Assembly (NCBI RefSeq): GCF_030384885.1
Contig: NZ_CP128613.1
DNA length: 64,000 nucleotides
From: Escherichia coli
GTDB taxonomy: Bacteria; Pseudomonadota; Gammaproteobacteria; Enterobacterales; Enterobacteriaceae
Strand: one strand, 5' to 3'
Below are positions 9,496-19,395 of this stretch, piece after piece. Within the stretch, counting starts at the first letter, position 1. Every line of letters begins with the position of its first letter. A program made the translations under genes and the position numbers. A model generated the notes under the pieces. It was not told the origin of the DNA, ran no database searches, and was given only the letters and a program-made list of their open reading frames with translations.

Positions 9496-11121
9496 ATGCG
9501 AATGAAAACAGTGCAGCGTACTTTACTTGCCGCAACATTGCTGACTATTTTTTCGGTCTCGGTCATGGCGCAGGATGTCACGATTATTTATACAAATGAT
9601 CTTCACGCTCATGTGGATTCTTATAAAGTGCCGTATATCGCAGACGGAAAACGCGACATTGGCGGCTTTGCCAATATATCTACTTTAGTAAAACAAGAGA
9701 AAGCGAAAAATAAAGCCACCTTTTATTTTGATGCTGGAGACTATTTCACCGGCCCTTATATCAGCAGTCTGACAAAGGGCGAAGCAATAATTGACATTAT
9801 GAATACCATGCCTTTTGACGCAGTATCAATCGGTAATCATGAGTTTGACCATGGCTGGGATAATGCCCTGCGACAATTAAGCAAAGCGAATTTTCCTGTT
9901 TTATTGGGCAATGTTTATCATAAAGAGAGTGAAAAACCCTTCTGGAACAAGCCCTACACCATCCTGGAAAAAGATGGCATCAAGATTGGTATTATTGGGC
10001 TACACGGCGTATTTGCATTTAATGATACGGTCTCGGAGCTCTCTCTCCAGGGACTCGATAATGACAATAATAACCGCTTTGATAAATCTTCCGAGACCCT
10101 TAAGAATCAGGGGATTGAAGCACGTGATGAAGTGAAGTATTTGCAGCATTATATCGACGAGTTACGTGATAAGGTTGACCTCACTGTGGCGCTGGTTCAT
10201 GAAGGCGTTCCGGCGCGTCAGTCCAGCATTGGCAATACAGATGTTAGACGCGCTCTTGATAAAGATATTCAAACCGCTAGCAAGGTGAAAGGATTGGATA
10301 TTCTGATTACCGGGCATGCCCACGTCGGAACGCCAGAACCAATCAAAGTCGGCAACACCTTAATCCTTTCGACTGATAGTGGCGGTATCGATATTGGTAA
10401 ATTAGTCCTTGATGTCAACCCTACAGCTCGTACCCATAAAATGAAGAGCTTTGAGCTGAAAACAGTTTATGCCGATGAATGGATACCCGATCCAACGACA
10501 CAAAAAGTTATCAATGGCTGGAATAAAAAACTGGCGGATATTGTACGCCAACCAGTGGGTGAATCATCGATTGCATTAACTCGCGCCTATGGTGAGTCAT
10601 CGCAACTAGGCAACCTGTTTACCGATGCAATGCTTGTCGCTGCTCCGACTGCACAGATTGCATTGATAAACTCCGGCAGCTTACGTGCGGATATAAATGC
10701 AGGCACGATTACCTTTGGCGACATTACCAGTACATTCCCCTTCAAGAATGAACTTACTGAAATGGATCTCAGCGGTAAGGATCTGCGTAACCTACTGGAA
10801 CACGGGGCATCGCTTACCAATGGCATCCTGCAAATGTCAAAAGGCGCAGAAATGCGCTATACCCCGCAGAAACCAGTAGGTCAGCGCATAGTATCTTTTA
10901 AAATTAATGGTGAAGAGATCGTTGATACGAATATTTACCATGTTGCAACAACGACTTTCCTTGCACTGGGGGGCGATGGTTTTCTGGCATTCAAAGAAGG
11001 GAAAAATGTTCAGGTCCGCGCCGGAAAAAACATGTCCGATGTCGTGATCGATTATTTGAAGAAAGGCCACAAGATTACGCCTGCACAGGTAAATGAAATG
11101 CGGGTGGACGTTAGCAAATAA
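9496..11121 (+). CDS. secreted bifunctional metallophosphatase / 5'-nucleotidase (UshA family), paralog 3
   Basis: 541-aa ORF, closely similar to paralog 1 by eye, with a short inserted segment (LQGLDNDNNNRFDKSSETLKNQG). Confidence 0.8.
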   Translation: MRMKTVQRTLLAATLLTIFSVSVMAQDVTIIYTNDLHAHVDSYKVPYIADGKRDIGGFANISTLVKQEKAKNKATFYFDAGDYFTGPYISSLTKGEAIIDIMNTMPFDAVSIGNHEFDHGWDNALRQLSKANFPVLLGNVYHKESEKPFWNKPYTILEKDGIKIGIIGLHGVFAFNDTVSELSLQGLDNDNNNRFDKSSETLKNQGIEARDEVKYLQHYIDELRDKVDLTVALVHEGVPARQSSIGNTDVRRALDKDIQTASKVKGLDILITGHAHVGTPEPIKVGNTLILSTDSGGIDIGKLVLDVNPTARTHKMKSFELKTVYADEWIPDPTTQKVINGWNKKLADIVRQPVGESSIALTRAYGESSQLGNLFTDAMLVAAPTAQIALINSGSLRADINAGTITFGDITSTFPFKNELTEMDLSGKDLRNLLEHGASLTNGILQMSKGAEMRYTPQKPVGQRIVSFKINGEEIVDTNIYHVATTTFLALGGDGFLAFKEGKNVQVRAGKNMSDVVIDYLKKGHKITPAQVNEMRVDVSK

Positions 11122-11135
11122 TAAAAAAATTATAA

Positions 11136-11166
11136 TGCCATTCATTCACTGAATGGCATTATTTTC
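11136..11166 (+). terminator. rho-independent terminator after nucleotidase paralog 3
   Basis: inverted repeat AATGCCATTCA-ttcac-TGAATGGCATT followed by a T-run. Confidence 0.6.
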
Positions 11167-11198
11167 TCTAAATCAACAATAGATAATGAGATATATTT

Positions 11199-12059
11199 AT
11201 GTGTATAAAAAAGCACGGGATAGCTTTATCGATTCTATTAATACCTTGCATTGGAAACGCTCAGAAAATTAAAAGTGAGGAAGGCTGGTTACATCAAAGC
11301 TTGAATGTCATTGGTCGCACAGACTCTCGCTTTGGCCCAAGGCTGACTAACGACCTCTACCCTGAATATACTGTAGCAGGAAGAAAAGACTGGTTTGATT
11401 TTTATGGTTATGTTGATCTACCAAAATTCTTTGGCGTCGGCAGTCACTATGATGTTGGGATCTGGGATGAGGGCTCACCACTATTTACGGAAATAGAACC
11501 TCGGTTTTCCATTGACAAATTGACCGGATTAAATCTTGCGTTCGGCCCTTTTAAAGAATGGTTCATTGCAAACAACTATGTCTATGATATGGGTGACAAC
11601 CAGTCATCCCGGCAAAGTACATGGTATATGGGGCTTGGTACAGATATCGACACGGGTCTACCAATTAAGCTTTCTGCCAATATATACGCCAAGTATCAGT
11701 GGCAAAACTATGGTGCCGCTAATGAAAATGAATGGGACGGATATCGATTCAAAATAAAATATAGCATTCCTCTTACCCATTTATTCGGAGGGCGATTGGT
11801 ATACAATAGTTTTACTAACTTTGATTTTGGATCCGATCTTGCGGACAAATCACACAATAATAAACGAACCAGTAATGCTATTGCTTCAAGCCATATCCTT
11901 TCCCTGCTATATGAACACTGGAAATTTGCATTTACACTACGTTATTTTCACAACGGTGGACAATGGAATGCTGGGGAGAAAGTTAACTTCGGAGATGGTC
12001 CATTTGAATTAAAAAACACAGGATGGGGAACCTATACTACTATTGGTTATCAATTTTAA
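11199..12059 (+). CDS. nucleoside-specific outer-membrane channel, Tsx family (paralog of tsx)
   Basis: 286-aa ORF with signal peptide; long conserved blocks shared with Tsx ([15 protein letters not shown]; [26 protein letters not shown]); ends in aromatic residue typical of beta-barrels. Confidence 0.85.
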   Translation: MCIKKHGIALSILLIPCIGNAQKIKSEEGWLHQSLNVIGRTDSRFGPRLTNDLYPEYTVAGRKDWFDFYGYVDLPKFFGVGSHYDVGIWDEGSPLFTEIEPRFSIDKLTGLNLAFGPFKEWFIANNYVYDMGDNQSSRQSTWYMGLGTDIDTGLPIKLSANIYAKYQWQNYGAANENEWDGYRFKIKYSIPLTHLFGGRLVYNSFTNFDFGSDLADKSHNNKRTSNAIASSHILSLLYEHWKFAFTLRYFHNGGQWNAGEKVNFGDGPFELKNTGWGTYTTIGYQF

Positions 12060-12240
12060 ATCAGGTGATGTTTTAGATATTTTTACTTAATGCCATTTTG
12101 TAATTGTCATAAATAACTTCACCATTCACACTGTGAATTCATCGCTCAACACAAAAGCCCCCTTATTACCGGGGCACTGACCAAAGGCAAAATGACAATC
12201 AATCACCACCTCCGCAGGAGGTGGTTTAGAGGTGACAACA

Positions 12241-12268
12241 AAAGCTGGCAACTGCCAGCTTTTGTTCA
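12241..12268 (-). terminator. rho-independent terminator downstream of metL
   Basis: palindrome AAAAGCTGGCAACTGCCAGCTTTT followed by a T-run on the minus strand, just after the metL stop. Confidence 0.6.
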
Positions 12269-12275
12269 ATAATCA

Positions 12276-14708
12276 CTACAACAACTGCGCCAGACGGTTA
12301 ATATCCGACTGAATCGCCCCGGCGGTGACGTCGCGCCCTGCGCCTGGCCCACGGATCACCAGCGGGTTGTCGCGATACCAGCGGCTTTCGATGGCAAAGA
12401 CGTTATCGCACGGTAGTAGTGATGCCAGCGGATGGTCTTCTCGCACCGCTTCCACGCCTACTCGCGCTTTGCCGTTAGCATCGAAACGCGCCACGTAGCG
12501 CAACACCAGCCCCATTTCACGGGCCGCTTCCAACCGTTGTACCATCTGCTCATTAAGTTCATCGCCATTTTCAAAGAAATGGTCGATGCTGCCACCTTCG
12601 CAATGGGTTGGCACCAGTGATTCAACACGCACCTGGTCCGGTTCAATGTTGTAACCCGCTTCACGCGCCAGAATCACCAGCTTGCGCATCACATCTTTGC
12701 CGGAGAGGTCATCACGCGGGTCAGGTTCAGTTAAGCCCTGCTGCCACGCCTGATCCACCAGCTCAGTAAACGGCACGCTACCGTCGAATTGCAGGAACAG
12801 CCAGGAGAGCGTGCCGGAGAAGATCCCGCTGATCGACAAAATAGTGTCGCCGCTGTCGATCAGATCGCGCACGGTATGGTTGATCGGCAAACCTGCGCCG
12901 ACGGTGGCGTTGTATAGCCAGTGACGCCCGGTTTTTTCGAACGCGTCGTGGATCTGTCGATATTTATTGCTGTCGCTGGCTCCCGCCAGTTTGTTGGCAC
13001 TGATGACGTGGAAACCGTGGCTGGCGAAATCGAGATACTGATCAGCAAGCTGCTGGCTGGCAGTAACGTCCAGCACCACTAAATCATCATACGGATGGGC
13101 ACGCATCCACAGGAACAGCGACTCTTCATCCTGTTCGACGGCTTCATCATTAAAGAAGGCTAGCGCACGGCTGGCGTCCAGCCCGTCATAGCTCAACAGG
13201 CTGCGACGGCTGTCCACCACGCCTGCCAGCACAAATTCAAAGCCGGTGCGCGCCGAGAGCGTGCTCTGCTCACGGGCGAACAGTTCCAGCCAGCGGGAAC
13301 CGATATTGCCCTTACCGAACAATACCAGGCCGATGCGTTTTTCTGCGCGGAAGACGGACTGATGCAGCCCCTGAATCAGGCTTTCGGTAGGTCCGGTACG
13401 CAGTACTGCCACCAGGCTGATGCCGTCATCGGACTGCCAGGTAAATTCGACCGGCTGGCCTTTCAGTTGCTGCCAGAAGCGGTGGCAATGCAGCGGGTTA
13501 CGGGTGACGCCTGCACCAACCATCGCCACCAGCGCCAGCCCCTGACGCAGGCGCAGTTCGCCAGGTAATCCTGCTTCGTCGAGGATTTTCAGCGCACTAT
13601 CGGCCACTTCCGAGGTGTAGCAAAATTGCAGCAACTGGCGATCGTTATGCACGCCAACCGCCAGTGGGCGCACCTGAGCACGTTTCAGGATTTGGTCGAT
13701 CTCTTTATGCGCCAGTTTGAAATCCTGACTGGCGGGCACCTGAAACTCAATCAAACAGACATCATCGTGGCTGGTGACAATACGCGCGCCAGTACCGGAA
13801 GCCAGCACGCGTTCAATGCGCGTGGAACCTTGATCCGGCGTGTAGCTACAGCGCAGCTGCAGGTCGATTTCACTGCCAGAAACTGGCTGTAAAGTACGGG
13901 CGTGAAGAACGGGGGCCGCCAGACGCGCCAGTTCACTGGCTTCATCAAGACGCAGCAATGGCAGCAGGCAGGCATCTTTCACTTTACGCGGGTCAGCGCT
14001 GTATACCCCGGCGACGTCGCTCCAGATGGTTACGCGGGAAACTCCCGCCAGCGCACCGATTTGTGTCGCGGAATAGTCGGAACCGTTACGCCCCAGCAGC
14101 ACCGTTTCACCGGCGTTGTTACGGCTGATAAACCCGGTCACCACCAGACGTTTGCCCGGATGTTGTACCAGTAGCTGTTGCAGCAACGGGTAAGAAAGCC
14201 CTTCATCAACCTGCGGCTGCGCGGCGCGTTCAGCGCGTAAAAACTCGCGGGCATCAAGCCAGGCCGCAGGCAATCCTTGTTGATTAAGTACCGCAGACAT
14301 CAGGCGCGCCGACCACACTTCACCGTGGCCCACCACTTCCGCATACACCGCATCGTTAATACCGCTGTCGAGCAGCGCCGCCAGGCGTTCCAGATCGCTG
14401 ACAAAAGCGCTAATGAGGCTATCGGCTTCTTCGGCGGGTAGCAGGCCGCTAATCAGATCGCACTGATAGCGACGCAGCGTTTGTTGAACCTGATGCGCAG
14501 AGAGACGATCGGTCTGGCTTAGTTTCAACCAGTTAATCAACTGGTTAGTGGTGCTACCGGCGGCGGAAACCACCATCATATCGTCAGGCTGAGAGTACTC
14601 CGCCATAATGCCCGCGACACGCAAATAACACTTCACATCAGCCAGACTACTGCCACCAAATTTATGCAGTTGACGACCTTTCGCCCCTGCCTGCGCAATC
14701 ACACTCAT
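12276..14708 (-). CDS. metL: bifunctional aspartokinase II / homoserine dehydrogenase II
   Basis: 810-aa ORF recognised as MetL; immediately downstream of metB as in the metBL operon. Confidence 0.95.
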   Translation of the reverse strand: MSVIAQAGAKGRQLHKFGGSSLADVKCYLRVAGIMAEYSQPDDMMVVSAAGSTTNQLINWLKLSQTDRLSAHQVQQTLRRYQCDLISGLLPAEEADSLISAFVSDLERLAALLDSGINDAVYAEVVGHGEVWSARLMSAVLNQQGLPAAWLDAREFLRAERAAQPQVDEGLSYPLLQQLLVQHPGKRLVVTGFISRNNAGETVLLGRNGSDYSATQIGALAGVSRVTIWSDVAGVYSADPRKVKDACLLPLLRLDEASELARLAAPVLHARTLQPVSGSEIDLQLRCSYTPDQGSTRIERVLASGTGARIVTSHDDVCLIEFQVPASQDFKLAHKEIDQILKRAQVRPLAVGVHNDRQLLQFCYTSEVADSALKILDEAGLPGELRLRQGLALVAMVGAGVTRNPLHCHRFWQQLKGQPVEFTWQSDDGISLVAVLRTGPTESLIQGLHQSVFRAEKRIGLVLFGKGNIGSRWLELFAREQSTLSARTGFEFVLAGVVDSRRSLLSYDGLDASRALAFFNDEAVEQDEESLFLWMRAHPYDDLVVLDVTASQQLADQYLDFASHGFHVISANKLAGASDSNKYRQIHDAFEKTGRHWLYNATVGAGLPINHTVRDLIDSGDTILSISGIFSGTLSWLFLQFDGSVPFTELVDQAWQQGLTEPDPRDDLSGKDVMRKLVILAREAGYNIEPDQVRVESLVPTHCEGGSIDHFFENGDELNEQMVQRLEAAREMGLVLRYVARFDANGKARVGVEAVREDHPLASLLPCDNVFAIESRWYRDNPLVIRGPGAGRDVTAGAIQSDINRLAQLL

Positions 14709-14710
14709 TT

Positions 14711-15871
14711 TTACCCCTTGTTTGCAGCCCGGAAGCCATTTTCCAGGTCGGCAATTAAATCTTCGCCATCTTCAATACCGGTGGAGATACGCAGCAGCGT
14801 CTCGGAGATCCCGGCGGCAGCACGCGCTTCTGGTGCCATGCCTGCATGTGTCATGGTTGCGGCGTGAGAGATTAAACTTTCCACTCCCCCTAATGATTCC
14901 GCCAGCGTAAACAACGACAACCCGCCCAGGAAACGACGCAGCGTCTGCTCATCGCCATCCAGTTCAAAACTCAACATTGCGCCAAAGCCTTTTTGCTGGC
15001 GCGCGGCAATTTCATGCCCCTGATTTTCCGGCAGCGACGGGTGATACAGTTTTTTCACTAACGGCTGGGTTTGCAGATATTTCACTATCGCCTGCGCGTT
15101 GCGCTGCGCCAGCTCCATACGCGGCACCAGCGTTCGCAAACCGCGCAGCAACAAATAACTGTCAAACGCGCCGCCCGTCACGCCAATATTGTTTGCCCAC
15201 CAGGCCAGTTCGGTGACAACGTCCGGGTCTTTAGCAATCACCACGCCAGCCACTACATCTGAGTGACCGTTCAGATATTTCGTGCATGAATGCAACACCA
15301 GATCGGCACCTAATGCCAGTGGATTTTGTAATGCCGGGCTTAAGAAGGTGTTATCCACCACGCTCACCGCCCCGACTTCCCTTGCCAGATGGCAGATTTT
15401 CGCAATATCCACGACGCGTAACAATGGATTACTTGGGCTTTCTACCAGTACTAGTTTGGGTTTTTCTGCCAGTGCAGCCTGCAATGCCTGCTCATCTCCT
15501 TGATCAACAAACAGCACGCGATAACAGCCGCGTTTCGCCAGGCTGTCGAACAGGCGATAGCTGCCGCCGTAGCAGTCGTGCGGCGCAACCAGCAAATCGC
15601 CAGGTTTCAAAAAGACGGTCGTTACCAGGTGGATGGCAGACATGCCGGTATTAGTCAGCACTGCACCAGCACCGCCTTCCAGTTCAGCCAGCGCACGCTG
15701 AACCACATCGCGCGTTGGGTTGCCGCGACGCGAGTAATCATGCGCGCGCGGTTCATTAAATCCGGTAAAGTTATAGGTGCTGGAAAGATGGATGGGAGGG
15801 ACAACGCAACCATACTGTTCGTCGTCATTTAACCCGCTACGCACTGCAATGGTGGCCTGTTTACGCGTCAT
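14711..15871 (-). CDS. metB: cystathionine gamma-synthase
   Basis: recognised as MetB (MTRKQATIAVRSGLNDDEQYG...); the track ORF extends further upstream, start moved to the Met matching the 386-aa protein. Confidence 0.95.
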   Translation of the reverse strand: MTRKQATIAVRSGLNDDEQYGCVVPPIHLSSTYNFTGFNEPRAHDYSRRGNPTRDVVQRALAELEGGAGAVLTNTGMSAIHLVTTVFLKPGDLLVAPHDCYGGSYRLFDSLAKRGCYRVLFVDQGDEQALQAALAEKPKLVLVESPSNPLLRVVDIAKICHLAREVGAVSVVDNTFLSPALQNPLALGADLVLHSCTKYLNGHSDVVAGVVIAKDPDVVTELAWWANNIGVTGGAFDSYLLLRGLRTLVPRMELAQRNAQAIVKYLQTQPLVKKLYHPSLPENQGHEIAARQQKGFGAMLSFELDGDEQTLRRFLGGLSLFTLAESLGGVESLISHAATMTHAGMAPEARAAAGISETLLRISTGIEDGEDLIADLENGFRAANKG

Positions 15872-15926
15872 GTGATGAAGTTCCCTGGGCTTGGTCGGTG
15901 AAATGTCAGGCACCAGAGTAAACATT

Positions 15927-15966
15927 GTGTTAATGGACGTCAATACATCTGGACATCTAAACTTCT
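15927..15966. promoter_or_regulatory. tandem met boxes (MetJ operator) in the metJ / metBL divergent control region
   Basis: tandem 8-bp repeats GGACGTCA ATACATCT GGACATCT AAACTTCT, matching the AGACGTCT met-box consensus. Confidence 0.6.
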
Positions 15967-16147
15967 TTGCGTATAGATTGAGCAAATCCCAAATAGCCGT
16001 TAAAATTATATGCATTATCACGCCGACAGGTGCATTACACGATGTCACGGTAACGCCTGTACGGTAAACTATGCGGGTTTACGGTCAGTACCCACATAAA
16101 TTGTGTGGTCTGATCTCAATTTATTGACGAAGAGGATTAAGTATCTC

Positions 16148-16465
16148 ATGGCTGAATGGAGCGGCGAATATATCAGCCCATACGCTGAGCACGGCAAGAA
16201 GAGTGAACAAGTCAAAAAGATTACGGTTTCCATTCCTCTTAAGGTGTTAAAAATCCTCACCGATGAACGCACGCGTCGTCAGGTGAACAACCTGCGTCAC
16301 GCTACCAACAGCGAGCTGCTGTGCGAAGCGTTTCTGCATGCCTTTACCGGGCAACCTCTGCCGGATGATGCCGACCTGCGTAAAGAGCGCAGCGACGAAA
16401 TCCCGGAAGCGGCAAAAGAGATCATGCGTGAGATGGGGATTAACCCGGAAACGTGGGAATACTAA
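16148..16465 (+). CDS. metJ: methionine repressor MetJ
   Basis: recognised as MetJ ([35 protein letters not shown]...); start moved to the Met matching the 105-aa protein. Confidence 0.95.
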
Positions 16466-16524
16466 AGCGGAAAAGAGCGGCGCGGAGTTAACCAGCCGCT
16501 TTTTTCATACATGGACGTTTAACT

Positions 16525-17133
16525 ATGAAATACAGGCTACTGATCCTCAACCTGCTGGTTTCTGTGCCTGCCTTTGCCTGGCAGCCGCAAACTGGCGACA
16601 TCATCTTTCAAATCTCTCGCTCATCGCAAAGTAAAGCGATCCAACTGGCGACCCATTCCGATTACAGCCACACCGGTATGCTGGTGATGCGTAACAAAAA
16701 GCCCTACGTTTTTGAAGCGGTCGGCCCGGTGAAATACACCCCGCTCAAGCAGTGGATCGCCCATGGTGAAAAGGGTAAATACGTTGTTCGCCGCGTTGAA
16801 GGCGGACTGAGTGTTGAACAACAGCAAAAACTGGCGCAAACGGCAAAACGTTATCTCGGAAAACCGTACGATTTCAGCTTCTCATGGAGCGACGATCGCC
16901 AGTACTGTTCGGAAGTGGTGTGGAAGGTTTACCAGAATGCGCTGGGGATGCGCGTGGGTGAACAGCAAAAACTGAAAGAGTTCGATCTCAGCAACCCGCT
17001 GGTTCAGGCGAAGCTCAAAGAACGTTACGGGAAAAATATTCCGCTTGAGGAAACGGTGGTCTCGCCACAAGCCGTTTTCGATGCGCCACAACTCACCACA
17101 GTCGCCAAAGAATGGCCGCTGTTTTCGTGGTAA
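16525..17133 (+). CDS. yiiX: YiiX family protein (putative lipid-binding hydrolase)
   Basis: 202-aa ORF with signal peptide; recognised as YiiX; position next to metJ matches K-12. Confidence 0.85.
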   Translation: MKYRLLILNLLVSVPAFAWQPQTGDIIFQISRSSQSKAIQLATHSDYSHTGMLVMRNKKPYVFEAVGPVKYTPLKQWIAHGEKGKYVVRRVEGGLSVEQQQKLAQTAKRYLGKPYDFSFSWSDDRQYCSEVVWKVYQNALGMRVGEQQKLKEFDLSNPLVQAKLKERYGKNIPLEETVVSPQAVFDAPQLTTVAKEWPLFSW

Positions 17134-17136
17134 TGG

Positions 17137-17250
17137 ATGATGAAAAAAATAATTCCCGCCGTAGTCTGTTTGTTGCTTTGTAGTTGCACGACCTTTCCGC
17201 AAGCTGTCGCTCCGGCAGGGAAAGATTACGAAAGCCCGCTCCCAGCAAGG
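17137..17250 (+). other. lipoprotein-like ORF fragment running into the ISAs1 element
   Basis: ORF 17137..17514 begins MMKKIIPAVVCLLLCSCTT (signal peptide with lipobox-like LCSC) and then overlaps the 3' end of the transposase gene on the opposite strand. Confidence 0.25.
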
Positions 17251-18480
17251 ACTGACGCCAGATACTTTCTGTCCATGGCTGCTTTTCGCATCTTACGTCT
17301 TAACCCTGCCTTGAATACCTTATCATTCGTTAAAATATTAATAGCGATGTGCCGTATCCCTGAAAATAATTCTGCGGCGTTTCCTCTTCGTATTTTGCAG
17401 TCGTCTTCATTCATTACCACGTCCAGACGCCAGTGCAGCTTATTCTCCACGTGCCAGTGGTTTCGGATTGCTGTGGCGAACTTTTCTGCGGTTAAATCAG
17501 CAGAACTGATATAATATCTGACCGTCATTTCTGGCTCTTTCTTTTGTTCTGCTATTATTGACCGAAAGGAGAATGCCACGCATAATTTCTTCAGTCCTTT
17601 CCATTCAAACGTGAAATCAATAAGTTCATCACGGACATCGCAAACAATATGAAGACGGATTTCTTCTCTGCCGTGACTCTTTTCACTCATTGCGTAACTG
17701 TCATGCTCTGGATTATTTAATTCTTTCAGCGGAAATTTTTCCTCGAAGGCTTTATTTAGCCGCCCCTGGTTTCCTTTTACAGCGAATACATAATCACCGC
17801 CCTGTTTTTGTATCTTCTCTGCAATATCTTTCTGGCAACCCATCGCATCAGTTGTGATGATTTTTCCTTTAATATCCAGCATGTTAAGAAGTTCAGGGAT
17901 AGCTGTAATTTCATTGGATTTCTCATCCGTCCTGATCTGTCCGATGACCAGACTGTGCATTGTTGAGAATGCACTAATGACATGAATCGCTCCCCTGCGG
18001 CGACTCTTGTCATAAGAATGCCGGAGTGTTTTTCCATCAATTGCGATGACGTCTTTATCATCTGAAGTATGGCAATCTCGCATCCAGTTAATAAAGCACT
18101 CGTGAAATTTTGAAGGACTGATACAGGATACAACTCTGGCGATGGTATCGTGAACAGGAATACCATTTTCAAAATCACCATATTGTTTTAAAAAATCGCG
18201 ATGTGCTTCCCCAAAATCCTCTATATGTTCCCAGCCTTCTGCACCAGAAATAACGGCGCAAATAGTCAACAGTAGAATATCCGATAATTTATGTTCCACT
18301 TTCCAGGTTTGTCTGTAATCGGGGATAATAGAAATATGTTCCATCAATTTTTTAAGTTCCATTCTTTTCTCCTTAATTATGTAAGGAGTATTTGATCATG
18401 TATAAGCAATAAAAAAACAGCTTCAGGCAATGAGGAATATCTCAATTTTTAAACATAAAATGCGAATTGTTTAGTACAAA
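17140..18480 (-). mobile_element. ISAs1-family insertion sequence (H-repeat element); ends approximate
   Basis: single transposase ORF filling a segment of about 1.3 kb, typical of H-rpt elements; terminal repeats not determined. Confidence 0.6.
17226..18362 (-). CDS. ISAs1-family transposase (H-repeat-associated protein)
   Basis: 378-aa ORF recognised as the H-repeat (H-rpt) protein found in Rhs elements. Confidence 0.85.
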   Translation of the reverse strand: MELKKLMEHISIIPDYRQTWKVEHKLSDILLLTICAVISGAEGWEHIEDFGEAHRDFLKQYGDFENGIPVHDTIARVVSCISPSKFHECFINWMRDCHTSDDKDVIAIDGKTLRHSYDKSRRRGAIHVISAFSTMHSLVIGQIRTDEKSNEITAIPELLNMLDIKGKIITTDAMGCQKDIAEKIQKQGGDYVFAVKGNQGRLNKAFEEKFPLKELNNPEHDSYAMSEKSHGREEIRLHIVCDVRDELIDFTFEWKGLKKLCVAFSFRSIIAEQKKEPEMTVRYYISSADLTAEKFATAIRNHWHVENKLHWRLDVVMNEDDCKIRRGNAAELFSGIRHIAINILTNDKVFKAGLRRKMRKAAMDRKYLASVLAGSGLS

Positions 18481-18489
18481 AAAGCAGCG

Positions 18490-19100
18490 TTAAGTGAGTA
18501 GGCCACCGGAACCTCCCCGACAGCCTCTCGCAGAACCGTACGTGAAACTCTCGCTTCATACGGCTCCCGTCAGGCAAACGCGCTTCCTGGTCCTGCTTTC
18601 CAGTGGGCAAACAACTCCGGCTTCTCTTTTGACAGCCTTTCCATTAGCTGACACGCCTTCGTCTTTCTATACCGCAGGGTTTTATATTTCTTTCTCGCCC
18701 ACGCAATCAGCGTCAGATTAATATATCTGCATACTTTCTTCATCGCTGATTTGTGGTATCTCGCGTAATAATTCAGCCACCCCAATATTATCGGATTCAG
18801 CCACTTCGCAATATCTTCGAGACTCATCTCCACCCTGCGTCTGATCCACAGTTTCCTGAGTTTTCCAATCATGCCTTCGGGTTTACTCATCTCACTGTAT
18901 CTCACATAGGATCAGATCTCGTCTGATCGTTCCCCCTGCGCTCACTACCATGGCTCTTTACCACAGCAGCCGGGGTTGTTTGGGACCGACTTCCGACAGC
19001 AGATCCCGGTGGGCCTGCCACCATCTCTTCACAAGCTTATGCTTATTACATGCAAAACGTCCCGTTTTGCATCTTTGTGCCTACGGCACACCGTGATCTT
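18490..19100 (-). mobile_element. 5'-truncated group II intron remnant (maturase C-terminus plus RNA domains V and VI)
   Basis: ORF 18570..18905 carries a maturase-like motif (WLNPIILGWLNYYARY); downstream on the same strand, about 18532-18566, is GAGCCGTATGAAGCGAGAGTTTCACGTACGGTTCTG, which folds as a domain-V-like hairpin. Confidence 0.6.
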
Positions 19101-19111
19101 TCCCTGTCGGC

Positions 19112-19320
19112 ATGTTGACCACTGACGAATGGGGTAGTTACGCTAGAGAGTTACCAAAGGAGAAGCATCTGACTGGTAAGATTTTTACTCAGCATATTGA
19201 GCGTAACAATCTGACCCTGAGAACCCGAATCAAACGTCTGGCCCGCAGAACCATCTGTTTCTCGCGTTCTGTAGAACTTCATGAAAAAGTCATCGGTGCT
19301 TTTATCGAAAATATATGTTC
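19112..19320 (+). pseudogene. IS1-family transposase (InsB-like) C-terminal fragment
   Basis: ORF 19112..19426 contains TDEWGSYARELPK...FTQHIERNNLTLRTRIKRLARRTICFSRSVELHEKVIG, similar to the C-terminal part of IS1 InsB; no N-terminal part. Confidence 0.6.
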
Positions 19321-19395
19321 TACTAATTGGAGTCATCACCCTTCTGATGAGCTTTCCTTGGATGATTACCAGACTGAATACATAGCCAAAGATTT

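Noticed and set aside
12130-12145. Palindrome TTCACACTGTGAA as a CRP site
   Set aside because: Half-sites are in the reverse arrangement (TCACA...TGTGA) with no 6-bp spacer, so it does not fit the CRP consensus.
14711-16048. 445-aa extended form of metB, and similar N-terminal extensions of metJ, priA, menA, glpK, glpX, cdh, pfkA, fieF, yiiM, rhaA and rhaD in the ORF track
   Set aside because: The extensions run through intergenic or promoter sequence; the internal Met matching the known protein was used as start.
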